A DNA stretch of 64,000 bases from contig OX442314.1 of assembly GCA_949358305.1 (NCBI GenBank), positions 17,856,001 through 17,920,000 on the forward strand, written 5' to 3'. Position numbers and translations under genes: made by a program. The notes under the pieces were generated by a model, which made no database searches, had not been told where the DNA came from, and saw only the letters and a program-made list of their open reading frames with translations. Below are positions 26,031 to 36,740 of this stretch, one piece after another (position 1 is the first letter of the stretch; each line of letters begins with the position of its first letter). This DNA is from Strigamia acuminata (taxonomy: Eukaryota).

Positions 26031-27208
26031 GACATTTTGCCAATAAAATTTATTGCTGCTATTTTTTTAAGTAATTGATACTGTTAATACGGTCAAAGTA
26101 CTGTACATTTCTACCGCAGCTACTCAGATTTTTTTTTCGTTATAGTACCGGTATTCATTGACTTTTTAACTAATTATTTTATAATATTGGAAATCATTGC
26201 TTTCACATTTCGGGAGCAAGTTATAAACTGTTCCCACAAATAGCTCTTCTAGATTTGTCAGAGTTGAGTTCAACTTTTCGATCAGCCAGTTATTTATAGT
26301 TTTCTGTAAACAAAAACGCAAAATAAATAACACAAAATAATAATTTTAAAAAACCACATTTTTGACCTGATTGTCTTTTTTTTCCCATTCCTCCAGTTTC
26401 GAGTTGTGATTCCGTTAAAACTTAAAATAAATGGAAATGCTTTAATATTTACTACCGGTAAGTAGCATCTGTTATTACGGTACCTTTATGTAAAATGCTT
26501 TGAACATTCGCAAAAAATAATACATCAAAAAGTGAGGTGACTGTCCTGTAGCTAAATATAAAAAAAATAGGGGACGAAATAGAAATTATCAGCCACTAAA
26601 GTTAGAATGACAAGGAGCTATTTTAACATCAATCAATATTCCTCATTTTGAATAAATAATGAAGAAAAAAAACTTGGGCTTTTATTTTGCACCACCTTTA
26701 TTAATGTAGTCGCACAATGAGGCTATTATATTTTCAGTAGTAGAAGCGGGAAAAGACTGACTTCCGTCAATCTAAATAGAGGAAAATTCAAATCATAACT
26801 TGCATTTCAGCATTTTAAAATAAGTTTACCGTTTTCTTGTTGCTAAGCGTCGTTGGAACACTGAATTTCACCCAAACTTTTATCCAAAATTTAATCCAAT
26901 CGCCAAAACCCTGAAAATTATCGATTGATGAAAACTTTTTAAGCACGTGTTAATTCGAGATGTAAGCACTCTAGCGGCAATTTGCTTCAACTTCCGGTGC
27001 ACAGTAGCACATAATTTTAACTAAAATGGAAGCCAGAAAACCAAGAACACGCGATGATGATGTGTGATGATCGCTAGCAATGTCTGGCGATCGGTAATGG
27101 GCGGATGATCTGTAGTGATGATGTGGAAAAAAATATATGCGTCAGGGTCAACTCTAAATCTGCTTTAGCATCCGTCGCAAACTTTTCTAGAAATTGGTAT
27201 GGATTTTA

Positions 27209-27572
27209 GACTTCTAAACCTATGTTTAGAAAGTTGGACTTCTAAACCTATGTTTAGAAAGTTGGACTTCTAAACCTATGTTTAGAAAGTTGGACTTCTA
27301 AACCTATGTTTAGAAAGTTGGACTTCTAAACCTATGTTTAGAAAGTTAGACTTCTAAACCTATGTTTAGAAAGTTAGACTTCTAAACCTATGTTTAGAAA
27401 GTTAGACTTCTAAACCTATGTTTAGAAAGTTAGACTTCTAAACCTATGTTTAGAAAGTTAGACTTCTAAACCTATGTTTAAAAAGTTAAACTTCTAAACA
27501 GATGTTTAGAAAGTTAGACTTCTAAACCTATGTTTAGACAGTTAGACTTCTAAACCTATGTTTAGAAAGTCT
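27209..27572. repeat. 28-bp tandem minisatellite, 13 copies, each with an internal hairpin
   Basis: Unit GACTTCTAAACCTATGTTTAGAAAGTT(G/A). TTCTAAAC and GTTTAGAA pair around a CTAT loop. There are no spacers. Confidence 0.95.
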
Positions 27573-28395
27573 CATGAAACGGTCATGTCTGTCTGTCTGT
27601 CTGTCCGTCGTCAACGACTCCGCTAAAACTATAGCAGCTAGAGCCAAACGGACAACGGCATTAAATTCAGCTACCTATATTAGTATCCTTAGGTATTTTC
27701 AGATTTCTCCGACCTCCGGTTGAATTAATAAACCGGTTTTAGTGCACTTTTAGCCGTCTAATAATACTACTTCCGTCCGCGCACCGGAAGTTGTAACATT
27801 GTACTAGCGCCACCTGGCGGATCCCGTGAGCCATGAAATCTTCGTCGCGATACGTTTTTTGATGTTTACTATATGGAAATGAGGTCAAAAAATTCTGGAA
27901 CCACACCCAATCGATTGGAAATCCAAATCTGCATGACCCTGTATATTTTTTATTTTTATTGGGTCGAAAAAAAGTACCATTACGATCCACCAAAGTCGGC
28001 GATCGAATGGGAAATTCAGGGGGAAATTTGAAAATGTTCGTGGCGATTCGTTTTATGATGTTTTCTATGTCGTAATGAGGTCCAAAAATTCTGAAACCAA
28101 GCTCATTTTGAAGAGCGGACAATTGCGCACAAGCCTGTATTTTTTCTATTGCGATTCGGTCGTGTAAAAGTACCGATTCGGGCGATCTTAGCGGGCGATC
28201 GAATAGGAAATTTTTGAAAAAATTTGGATTTGACCAAGAAAAAAACCCAATAATTTGAAAAAAAGGACCGATTAAAATGTTTAAACAAAGTTTCCTGTGT
28301 AGATTTTGCCGCTGAAAACGATGGTGCTAATAACATTTCGCTCGGTTGACTTTTTATTAGCAAAAATTGATCTTATTTGTGTGATTGTATTTTGA

Positions 28396-29153
28396 GGATT
28401 GGTGACTCTTCATACCGCGCCGCTTCATCGCGCGACACTTCATCGCGGACACTTCATCGCGAACCATTTCATCGCGCGGACACTTCATCGCGACGACTTT
28501 TAATCGCATGGACGCTTCATCGCACGACCTTTAATCGCGCGTAAATTCATCGCGCGACAGTTGGTAGCAAATTTTCCAAAAATTCCCGGGGCGGACGAGA
28601 GGAAGAGACGACGGCCGGGGCTTCCGCCGACGGGCGGAGGGGCGAGCCCCGGTCGGACGAGAGAAAGAGAGAGACGATGGCCGGGACTCCCGCCGACGGG
28701 CGGAGGGGCGAGTCCCGGGCGGACGAGAGAGAGAGAGAGAGGACGGCCGGGGCTCCCGTTGACGGGCGGAGAGACGAGCCTCGGCGGCCGAGAGAAAGAG
28801 AGAGGATGGCCGGGACTCCTGCCGACGGGCGGAGGGGCGAGTTCCGGGCGCACGAGAGAGAGAGAAAGAGGATGGCCGGGCGAGATAGCCGAGGCTCCCG
28901 TCGACGGGCGGACGAAAGAGCCGAGGCTCCCGCCGACCGTCGAAAAAAAAACCAAAAAAAGTCAATTGTAGGGACGCTCCGCCCCCCGGGCGGGCGTCTC
29001 GTGACAGGCCCCCTTTTTGCTACCAACTGTCGCGCGATGAATTTACGCGCGATTAAAGGTCGTGCGATGACACGCGATGAAATGGTTTGCGATGAAGTGT
29101 CCGCGATGAAGTGTCGCGCGATGAAGCGGCGCGGTATGAAAAGTCGGGTTACC
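28396..29153. mobile_element. Non-autonomous MULE/foldback-type DNA transposon (758 bp)
   Basis: Perfect 10-bp TSD TGTATTTTGA (28386-28395 and 29154-29163) and GG...CC ends. Long modular TIRs built from (CACTTCATCGCG)n, and its reverse complement. Internal ~60-bp GC-rich tandem repeats (28588-28940). Confidence 0.85.
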
Positions 29154-29483
29154 TGTATTTTGAACCATACGTAATTATTACAATCGAATCAACCGAATCA
29201 GATATTGGCCGATTTAATTTAAATTGAGTTGACTTTCACAATTAATAAATTTATTTATTTTTAGTTATGGAAATAAATGTTCAATGCCTTTATGCCTTTA
29301 TGCAAAAAAAAATGTATTCAATTCAATTCAATACCGGGTTTGCACAACTATGGCAGCGCCATCTATTGCCAATTCCGCGCTAGGGATTATGGGATCGAAA
29401 ATAGTACGCTAGTATTCGATTACAATCCCTTAAGGTGCTTTTACAGTGCTTTAACAACTAATAATTCAAATATTTGTTTAAGT

Positions 29484-29544
29484 GAATTTGCGGCACATTT
29501 GTAAAGAATTTGCGGCAAATTTATAAAGAATTTGCGGCAAATTC
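29484..29544. repeat. 22-bp tandem repeat x3 (GAATTTGCGGCAAATTT.TAAA)
   Basis: Three copies are directly visible just left of the MITE. Confidence 0.7.
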
Positions 29545-29547
29545 GTA

Positions 29548-30255
29548 CAGAATTTGGCGATGGGCTAATCGGTAGCTGTCAACTGTCGATAGCTGACGGC
29601 CGCAACAGGTCCAGGGCTGGACTGGGAACAAATTTATTACCGGGAAATCTGGGTGTCCGGGCCACAATTAATGAAGTCGTGACAGGCTACAGCAGGCCGC
29701 GACAGGCCACAACGGACACTGGCCACCGGGAAACTCCCGGTAGCCTGCGCCGGGCCAGTCCAGCACTGAACAGGTCTACGTCAGACATACGCGACAGTCG
29801 ACAGCCAGCCGTCGAATGTCGCAGCCTTCGACTGTCGATCGTCAGCCGCAACGGTCGACAGCTGACGGTCGAAAGCTGATGACTGACAACCGCAACATTC
29901 GACAGCTGACGGTCGAAAGCTGATGGCTGACGGCCGCGACAGTCTACGGCTGACAACTGACAGCTGCCAGTTGCCGATTAATTTCGGCTATTTTCGGTTA
30001 ATCCGAATCGTCAGTTGTCAGCCGTCGACTGTCGCGGCCGTCAGTCTGTCGGACGTCGACTGTCGACCGTTGCGGCTGAGTGCTGACGGTCGACCATTGC
30101 GGCTGACGATCGACAGTCGAAGGCTGCGACATTCGACGGCTGGCTGTCGACTGTTGCGTATGTCTGACGTAGTCCTGTTGCGGCCGTCAGCTATCGACTG
30201 TCGACTGACGGCCGCGACAGTTGACAGCTACCGATTAGTCCATCACCAAATTCTG
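29548..30255. mobile_element. Palindromic MITE with TA target duplication (Tc1/mariner-type ends)
   Basis: Ends are TA|CAGAATTTGGCGATGG...CCATCACCAAATTCTG|TA. The arms are near-perfect reverse complements over more than 200 bp, rich in GTCGAC and CTGACGG. Confidence 0.85.
29612..29768. mobile_element. hAT-type MITE (157 bp) nested in the left arm of the TA-MITE
   Basis: TIRs CAGGGCTGGACTGG and CCAGTCCAGCACTG. 8-bp TSD AACAGGTC at 29604-29611 and 29769-29776. The opposite host arm shows the empty site. Confidence 0.9.
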
Positions 30256-31893
30256 TACACATGGTCATTTTCAGAGAAAATCTCTGGAAATTTCTGTTAT
30301 TTCTGAGGAAATTACAGATATTTCCCCAAAAATTCTCTGGAGACATCTATGTTTTTGATTGTGCCCTGTGCCCTGTGCAACTTCCGGTTTGTGCAACTTC
30401 CGGTTTGTGCAACTTCCCATTTGTGTAAGGTACAAAAAGATCAATTAAAAAAGTAGATTTTTCTGGTGCAGTTTTTGGTCTACTTTCCAATGAACATGAT
30501 AAAATTAAGATGAAATGTAATTAAAAGGGAAAAAATACTAATTTACGGCGAAATGTAAGCAAACCGGAACGCCACCTGACGGAACCTGTGTCCTTTAATG
30601 GATACCGTACCAAAATGTTCGTCCCAATACGAATTTTGATGATTTCAAACGAAACGTGCGCGCGACGTAATGTCGCTCATATGCGCAAAGAAACGACAAA
30701 CAAATGCACTAATTATTGTGCTTAACTAATGAACGATGTCTAAAACAATAAAAACACTTTAATTAAACGAAAATGCTTACATATTTGTCCATTTTGAATA
30801 CCAAAAGTCCAAGCAGCTGAAAAAGCCTGGTCGCTGCCATCTTGGATGATAAGAGATACAAGTGTGACACATAGTGTCGAAATATTACATTTAAAAGACA
30901 AATAAGCTAAGAGATGCATCGTGCATCATATATAAAGTAATAATAATACTAACATAATATCATGCTTTGTGCATGTATAAACGGAAAATTAACGAATTAA
31001 TAAACATAAATCCAATTGAACCGTATTCCAACATATAAATTCTGAAACCAGGCTCATTCGAATGGAAATTGCATTCTGCACAAGCCTGGATTTTTTTATT
31101 TTTTTCGATTTGGCAAAAAAGAAGTATGTTTTTTTACGATTGTAGCCAGCGACGTGCTGTGATTGGTAAAGAGATGCATTGAGATACATTGATAAAAATA
31201 CTCGGTTCCTTACTAAAAAACGAGTAAGTTTAGGTTTTTTTTTGTGAAGGTGTCATGTTTTCCTCTTGAAAACGACGCCGTGTCCTGGAGGTCAAAATCG
31301 GAACTCAGTCTTATCCTAAATCTCATCGTACTGTTTCAGTTTCACGCAAACTCTATATTTTTTTTTCAAATTTATTCAAGTAAAAGAATTGATATTTCGT
31401 TTTGTTGCAAAGAAAAATGAAGATTGTGTAAAATATTTCTACGTATAGTTTGTTTAAAATTATTGAAATGTATTAATAACTGTACACATCGCCCACCATG
31501 TGATGACCGATGACGAGCGCATATTTTTAACAAATTTAAACTTCTATTTCTCCACCAATTATTATTTTTATTTAAATTTTAACCCATAAATAATTATCCA
31601 CCTGTTTTTTTCATTTGCAACAATTTAAACCCCTCCACTTATAGTGATATAAAGATTAAAATTTCAACATGAGCAGCAAATCAACTGAAAACAATCACGT
31701 TGAATTCGAATAATTTTAAACGAAATTTTAATTGGAAATTAATAAATTCACTTAAAATAACTAGAATTATTGTTTAATCTTACACGCCATAACCCACGTG
31801 ATCACTAACCGCAACACGATTGTTTCGATCTTCCTGCTTCTCTCGCCATCGTTTAGGTCAATTTCAACCTTCGGAAGACCTTACTCAACAAAA

Positions 31894-32174
31894 GTAAGTT
31901 GACAAAATCATCAATATTTCATTTTAAATCACTAAAAACGTAATTAACATCATAAACCAAAGTAACATCGACAATTTTTACAGTTTCTGCGAATATTTCC
32001 GGCGTCCGGTCACTAAACAACAAAAAAACCGCTAAAACCCGCTTTAATCTTTGGAAATACCAGGTAACTTATTTATTAACCAGAATAGATATCCATTTCA
32101 ACTTCACTTTAAACCATGCCGACTTTTAAACCTTGAACTAAACCCATTTTAAAACCACACTCGTTTAGTTACAG
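31894..32174 (+). other. Two probable 5'-UTR introns of the BTB-kelch gene (31894-31983, 32064-32174)
   Basis: AA|GTAAGT...TTTACAG and CAG|GTAACT...TTACAG flank a non-coding 80-nt exon upstream of the ATG at 32210. Confidence 0.55.
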
Positions 32175-32209
32175 AAAGTCCCACGAGCGGCGCCCCGGAA
32201 GCCAAAGAA

Positions 32210-33790
32210 ATGGCCGTCTTGCTAGACTTTAAAAAAGCTCTAATCACCAACGTAAACTACAATAGAAAAACGGGAACTACCACGGACGTGATCATAGAAT
32301 GCAACGACGGCCGTCTACACGCGCACAAGTGCATCCTGACGAGCAAAATTCAATATTTCCATGCCATGTTCCAGTCGGACATGCTCGAATCTCAAACCAA
32401 CAAAATCAGGTTCAGTCAGTCGAAGTCGGCAATCGAAGTCATCTTGGCGTTCGTGTACGCCGAATCGCAACCCGCGAGCCTCCTAAGCAACCCCAAATTG
32501 CTCGTGGAGGTGATCGAAACGTCGCACATGCTACAAATGACTAAATTATTCAGATTTTGTTGGAACACTTGGACCGTGGCGTTAAACTCAATAAATCTCG
32601 TAGAAATTTGGAATCTGGCGACTAAATTTGAGGAAAATGGGATCATAACGCGAATTTTGGACTTCCTGCGTGACAATTTGGGTTTGATACCCCAAGAGGT
32701 CGTGCAGAAACTCACGGAACCTCAAATTATCTCGTTTTTCAAGCACACCGAGGACAGGCCATTACCTATGAACGAGTTTGTGAACCTTTTGCTGCGATGG
32801 GGTGCTGGCGATTTGACCCAGCGCAGGGATTTAGTCGTTAAGCTGGTGTCAAGTGTCGACTTGAACGCGTTGACATGTGCGTTTGTTGGTGCGCTTTTGG
32901 AGGATAATGTTTTGGACTATTATCCGCCGGATTTTAAGGATCGCTTCGTGGAGCAGGCGGTCGTGAAACTCTCGTTTTCGCTCGATTTTAAGCTGTTAAT
33001 CACGCATTTGGTGATGGACGATTGTAGTGGCGATGTGGAAATGGTCAAGTACGACTCGTCGAGCAACATCTGCAGGAAGTCGGTGATTTCGCGGCTGAAA
33101 CACGGACATTGCAAGAACTGGCAACCGATTATGAGCGCGATAGGCAACTTGTTTTATTACGGAATGAGCAAGAACCAGAAATTTGTCGTTTACGATCCCA
33201 TTGCGAACAAACATCACTTCGGGCCGCGATCATACAATGTGGTTCCCACGGGTTTTATCGACGGAAACGAAATTTATTTCTGCGAGAGGAATTATTACTT
33301 CGCGGTGTTTAATTTCGTCGATAAGAAGTGGGAGAAGTTGCGTTTTAACACGAAGGCGTGCGGTAAGGCCGTTTTGGTTGCGAACGGGAAGATTTATTTT
33401 GATTCCAATTCGGTTGAGTCGAACAAAGTGAGAATTTACAACGTGGCGGCGGAAACGTGGGAGGATGTGATGAAACCCGCGACAGAAATGGTGAACGTGA
33501 GATGCAAGTGTTTTTTGAGGTGCTGCAAAGGTAAACTGTATTTTATTAAGAAGAACAGTTTGTTTGTGTGGGATGGGAGGAGTGGCAGTTGGTGCGAGAA
33601 AGTGGTGCCGTTGATTGGAGGTAGAATGGCTGTTGTTGGGAATTGCGATCTGGATTTAATTGTTTTTAAGGAGATGGATGGATCGGGTTTGTGGTTGTTT
33701 TATGTTTTATGCGATAGGTGGTTCAAGGTATCCTCGTCAATTTTAGGTATTTGGCCGAAAACGTGGTTCGATGTCACTTATAGTTTTTGA
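32210..33790 (+). CDS. BTB/POZ-BACK protein with degenerate kelch-like beta-propeller (putative Cullin-3 adaptor), 526 aa, intronless CDS
   Basis: BTB motif TDVIIEC...HAHKCIL...YFHAMF..DMLES. BACK-like helical region (LLRW). C-terminal repeats of Y/F-D/N....W (VVYDP, FNFVDKKWE, YNVAAETWE). AATAAA at 33824. Confidence 0.88.
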   Translation: MAVLLDFKKALITNVNYNRKTGTTTDVIIECNDGRLHAHKCILTSKIQYFHAMFQSDMLESQTNKIRFSQSKSAIEVILAFVYAESQPASLLSNPKLLVEVIETSHMLQMTKLFRFCWNTWTVALNSINLVEIWNLATKFEENGIITRILDFLRDNLGLIPQEVVQKLTEPQIISFFKHTEDRPLPMNEFVNLLLRWGAGDLTQRRDLVVKLVSSVDLNALTCAFVGALLEDNVLDYYPPDFKDRFVEQAVVKLSFSLDFKLLITHLVMDDCSGDVEMVKYDSSSNICRKSVISRLKHGHCKNWQPIMSAIGNLFYYGMSKNQKFVVYDPIANKHHFGPRSYNVVPTGFIDGNEIYFCERNYYFAVFNFVDKKWEKLRFNTKACGKAVLVANGKIYFDSNSVESNKVRIYNVAAETWEDVMKPATEMVNVRCKCFLRCCKGKLYFIKKNSLFVWDGRSGSWCEKVVPLIGGRMAVVGNCDLDLIVFKEMDGSGLWLFYVLCDRWFKVSSSILGIWPKTWFDVTYSF

Positions 33791-34337
33791 AAGTCGTTTG
33801 TTTACATTTCTTGTTGTTTAATTAATAAAGGTTGTTTTTTTGCTTGTGATTTAGATGATTCGTTTATGTATAAATGATAAGTGGATCAATGCTATTATTT
33901 TGAAAAATTTGTTACGGTATTTCTTTGAATTAAAGTCGCCTTCAAGAAAGAAACAATAGGCATTTAAATGGTGTAAATACAATTAAATAAAAATTGATTA
34001 AAAAAAAGGACCAATGTGGTCAATTTGAAAAAAAATGTAGGCAAAATGGTGTTTGCAATTATAAGCTGCGACTTTTAATGCAAGAAATATGGTAATTGTT
34101 TCCTTCTTGTATGCAGGGCTGTACGAGGAACAAATTTAGTACTGAGAAGTCAGCATAGGTTGGGCTGTGGGAACAGATTTAGTATGAGGATAAAAATCGG
34201 CAGCAAATTGAATCGTTAATTCTTCAACTAATTTTAAGACCAGGACATGCAAGTACACCCAATTCTGTTTTTATACTGAAAATAATTTCCAGAAAAAACT
34301 GTAAAAAAAGACTAGAGGAATTTACCAAAATTTTTAA

Positions 34338-34420
34338 TAGAAAAGAGTGAAATTTTAATGGAAAAAAGTGAAATTTCAATAGAAAAGAGTGAAATTTTAA
34401 TGGAAAAATTGAAATTCCAA
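34338..34420. repeat. 21-bp degenerate tandem repeat x4
   Basis: The unit T(A/G)GAAAA(G/A)AGTGAAATTT(T/C)AA is repeated four times. Confidence 0.6.
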
Positions 34421-34469
34421 TCAAAATATGGTAAACAATTGTAAAAAGAGCCACCCTCAGTTTTATTAT

Positions 34470-34586
34470 GTAATTAGAGGGGTGGGGGTTTGGGAATTTG
34501 CTACGGCCACGTTACAGAGGGGGGGGGGGGGGGAGGGGGTCTAAAATACCAAAAATTTGCATTACGTAATTTATGGATGGCCCCTT
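34470..34586. mobile_element. Fragment or terminus of a small DNA transposon with a poly-G core
   Basis: Ends in TTACGTAATTTATGGATGGCCCCT after G-runs, a terminus style common in arthropod MITEs. The partner TIR was not found. Confidence 0.5.
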
Positions 34587-34707
34587 CGTAGAATTTTGTT
34601 TTCAAGTGATTTTTCTCATATTTTCTAATATTTTGGTTGCTAATAATAAATAAACAAATAAATAAATAAATAAATCACAAAAAATAAATATGTAGTGCTT
34701 GTGTTCG

Positions 34708-34776
34708 CCGTCAGGTGGCACCACTATTTACGAACAAAAAATTGTTAGTTTGTGTCGACGCCACCAGATAGCGCCA
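34708..34776 (+). promoter_or_regulatory. Pair of CTCF-like motifs (forward orientation)
   Basis: CCGTCAGGTGGCACCA (34708) and CCACCAGATAGCGCCA (34761) resemble the CCASYAGRKGGCRS consensus. Confidence 0.4.
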
Positions 34777-36740
34777 CTAATAAGTAATTTCTGAAGTCTC
34801 GAATTTAGTTAGTTATTGGTGGCCAAATATATTGGTTTCCCAAACATTGGACATCCTAGGCTTCGTATCTCACAAACACCGCTCCTTGTTATAAACCTGA
34901 TATTTAATCCTCCTACTTATTGCTTGAAGGAGGCGAAATGAATAGAAAATAAGAAATATAATATCTTTAAAAAAAATTCATCCACGCCTTAGATCGCTGT
35001 GGATTTGAACTCGCAGGTGTGGTTGTAATAATGTGTCAATCCTAGACATCACTAGAACTAGACGTATAGACATTAGACATCACACCAAGGAGCCACCACT
35101 TCTTATTAGTAAGAATAAGAAGCTCTGGCAAAGTTCCTTTCTTCTGGATTAAAGTAAAGGAATCAAATGAAAAATATATGAAACAAAATATCTCAAAATA
35201 ACTTCTCCTTGTTGCCTGAATTGTCCTGGATTTGAACCCAGGACTTCTGTCTGTTATGAGGTGACCAAGGTGAGAAAGATAAGAAAGATGAATGAATGAG
35301 AAAATGAGAATGAGAACGCACACCACTCCTTAATTAATTCTTAATTCCCGTACAAGGTACAAGTAAGGAACTAATTGAAAAAGAAAATTAAAACGAAAAA
35401 CTCAGAGAGTTAACTCGGAATTGAACACGCAGCGTTCAAGTCCAAAGAACAGAGTTAAACCCAATCACCCACTCGGGTTCAGTTTGACATGTCTTTACAT
35501 TTACATCTTTGCAATAGTGACAGATAAACCTACAATGGGACAAATAATAGATTTTTCAGCTCATTTCTGATCGATTCTTCTAGTTTCCGGCACCTTTCTA
35601 TTTTAGGCCGATTTTGGCAAAAATGCAAAAGAGAAATGGTCAAAATCGGCAAAAATTTAAAAAGTGCTGCAAACATTGTTAATCGACGCGAAACCAAATG
35701 AAAGATCGATTTATTATCACATCTATAGGGCTGTCTGCCACTGTTGCAGACATAAGTTAATGCAATGTGTTGGGTAAAATACATTAAATAATGGCTTGTA
35801 ATGGTAAAATGTAGGGCCGCCATGTGCGGGTGATCACTGATCAGGTTGTGCCCTGCACAAAGGCGCTTGATCTTCGCGCGGCGGCCCGGGTAAAATGATT
35901 CAAAACGTAGCTTGTATTCGGCAAAATCGTCAAAAAGTGGCTTTTATTTGACAAAATACATGTGAAAGCGACCCGTATTTGACAACCAGCTTCAAAAAAT
36001 GGCTTCTATTTGAATTTATTTATTCCAGGTTCGAATTTGGCTTACCGTAATTTATTAATCAAGCAATCAATAAAGGCCTAATTGATATCAGTTCACTCAT
36101 CTACAAGACGAAAGCTCGATGATACGTAAGTTATGTTGTATACCTCCAAAGGTGAGTGGTCCGAGTTTGAATCTGATCTTTTTATTTCTTGTTTTTATTT
36201 CTTGTTTTTTTATGTAATGTATTTCTTTTGTTTTTTATTTTTCAATGTATTTCATTCCCAACTACACATACCTTATTTGGTGGGCATCCTTTGATAAAGG
36301 ACCGAGTGGCTCAGTTCTGTGGAATCAAACATTCACACAAGGGAGGACGCGTAGAAAGACTCGCATGACGCTAAAAGCGGCTCCCGTGGATGTTTGTTGG
36401 CTTAGAGTAACGCGCCATTTTGAAACCCAATTAATTTTAGGCACGATGGGTCAGTGTGGGTAGGTTTGCTTTCAAACTTTTAATGCTGCTCATCATTTGT
36501 CCAATCAGTCTGAGTAAAGCCAATACTACCTTCCTGGATAGCTGAGCTGGTCTACTCACGTTGGTGAAAAGTACATTATTTATTAAATGTGTTCTGGAGC
36601 CAGATTTATTTGGTGAGGACAAATGGGCCCCAAAAATGGTCTGCGAGAAGGGCCCTACAAACCGTAAATCCACCTGTGTTCCATGAAATGAGTGTAAGGC
36701 TTAAATAAATAAAAATGTTTCTTAAAAAATGCAGACAAAT

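Larger units (their letters stand above)
27205..29260 (+). mobile_element. Probable non-autonomous Helentron/DINE-1 (HINE)-like element, interrupted by a MULE; 3' end uncertain
   Basis: T-run, then a 5' stem-loop (AGACTTCTAAAC...GTTTAGAAAGTCT), then a (GTCT)n-GTCC microsatellite at ~27587-27609, then an internal ~197-bp degenerate duplication (27855-28230). This matches the known DINE-1/HINE layout. Confidence 0.5.

Noticed and set aside
27026..27125. C/D snoRNA-like RTGATGA motifs and a small hairpin
   Set aside because: There is no properly placed D box or terminal stem, and the site is intergenic.
27209..27572. CRISPR-like array of palindromic 28-bp repeats
   Set aside because: The units are head-to-tail with no unique spacers, there are no cas genes, and the context is eukaryotic.
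28500..30306. Overlapping 90-165 aa ORFs on both strands
   Set aside because: They are translations of GC-rich tandem or inverted repeats inside MITEs, with no transposase motifs.
34900..36700. tRNA/SINE-like B-box fragments and further TE termini
   Set aside because: The pieces are too degraded to define a cloverleaf, paired TIRs or TSDs.
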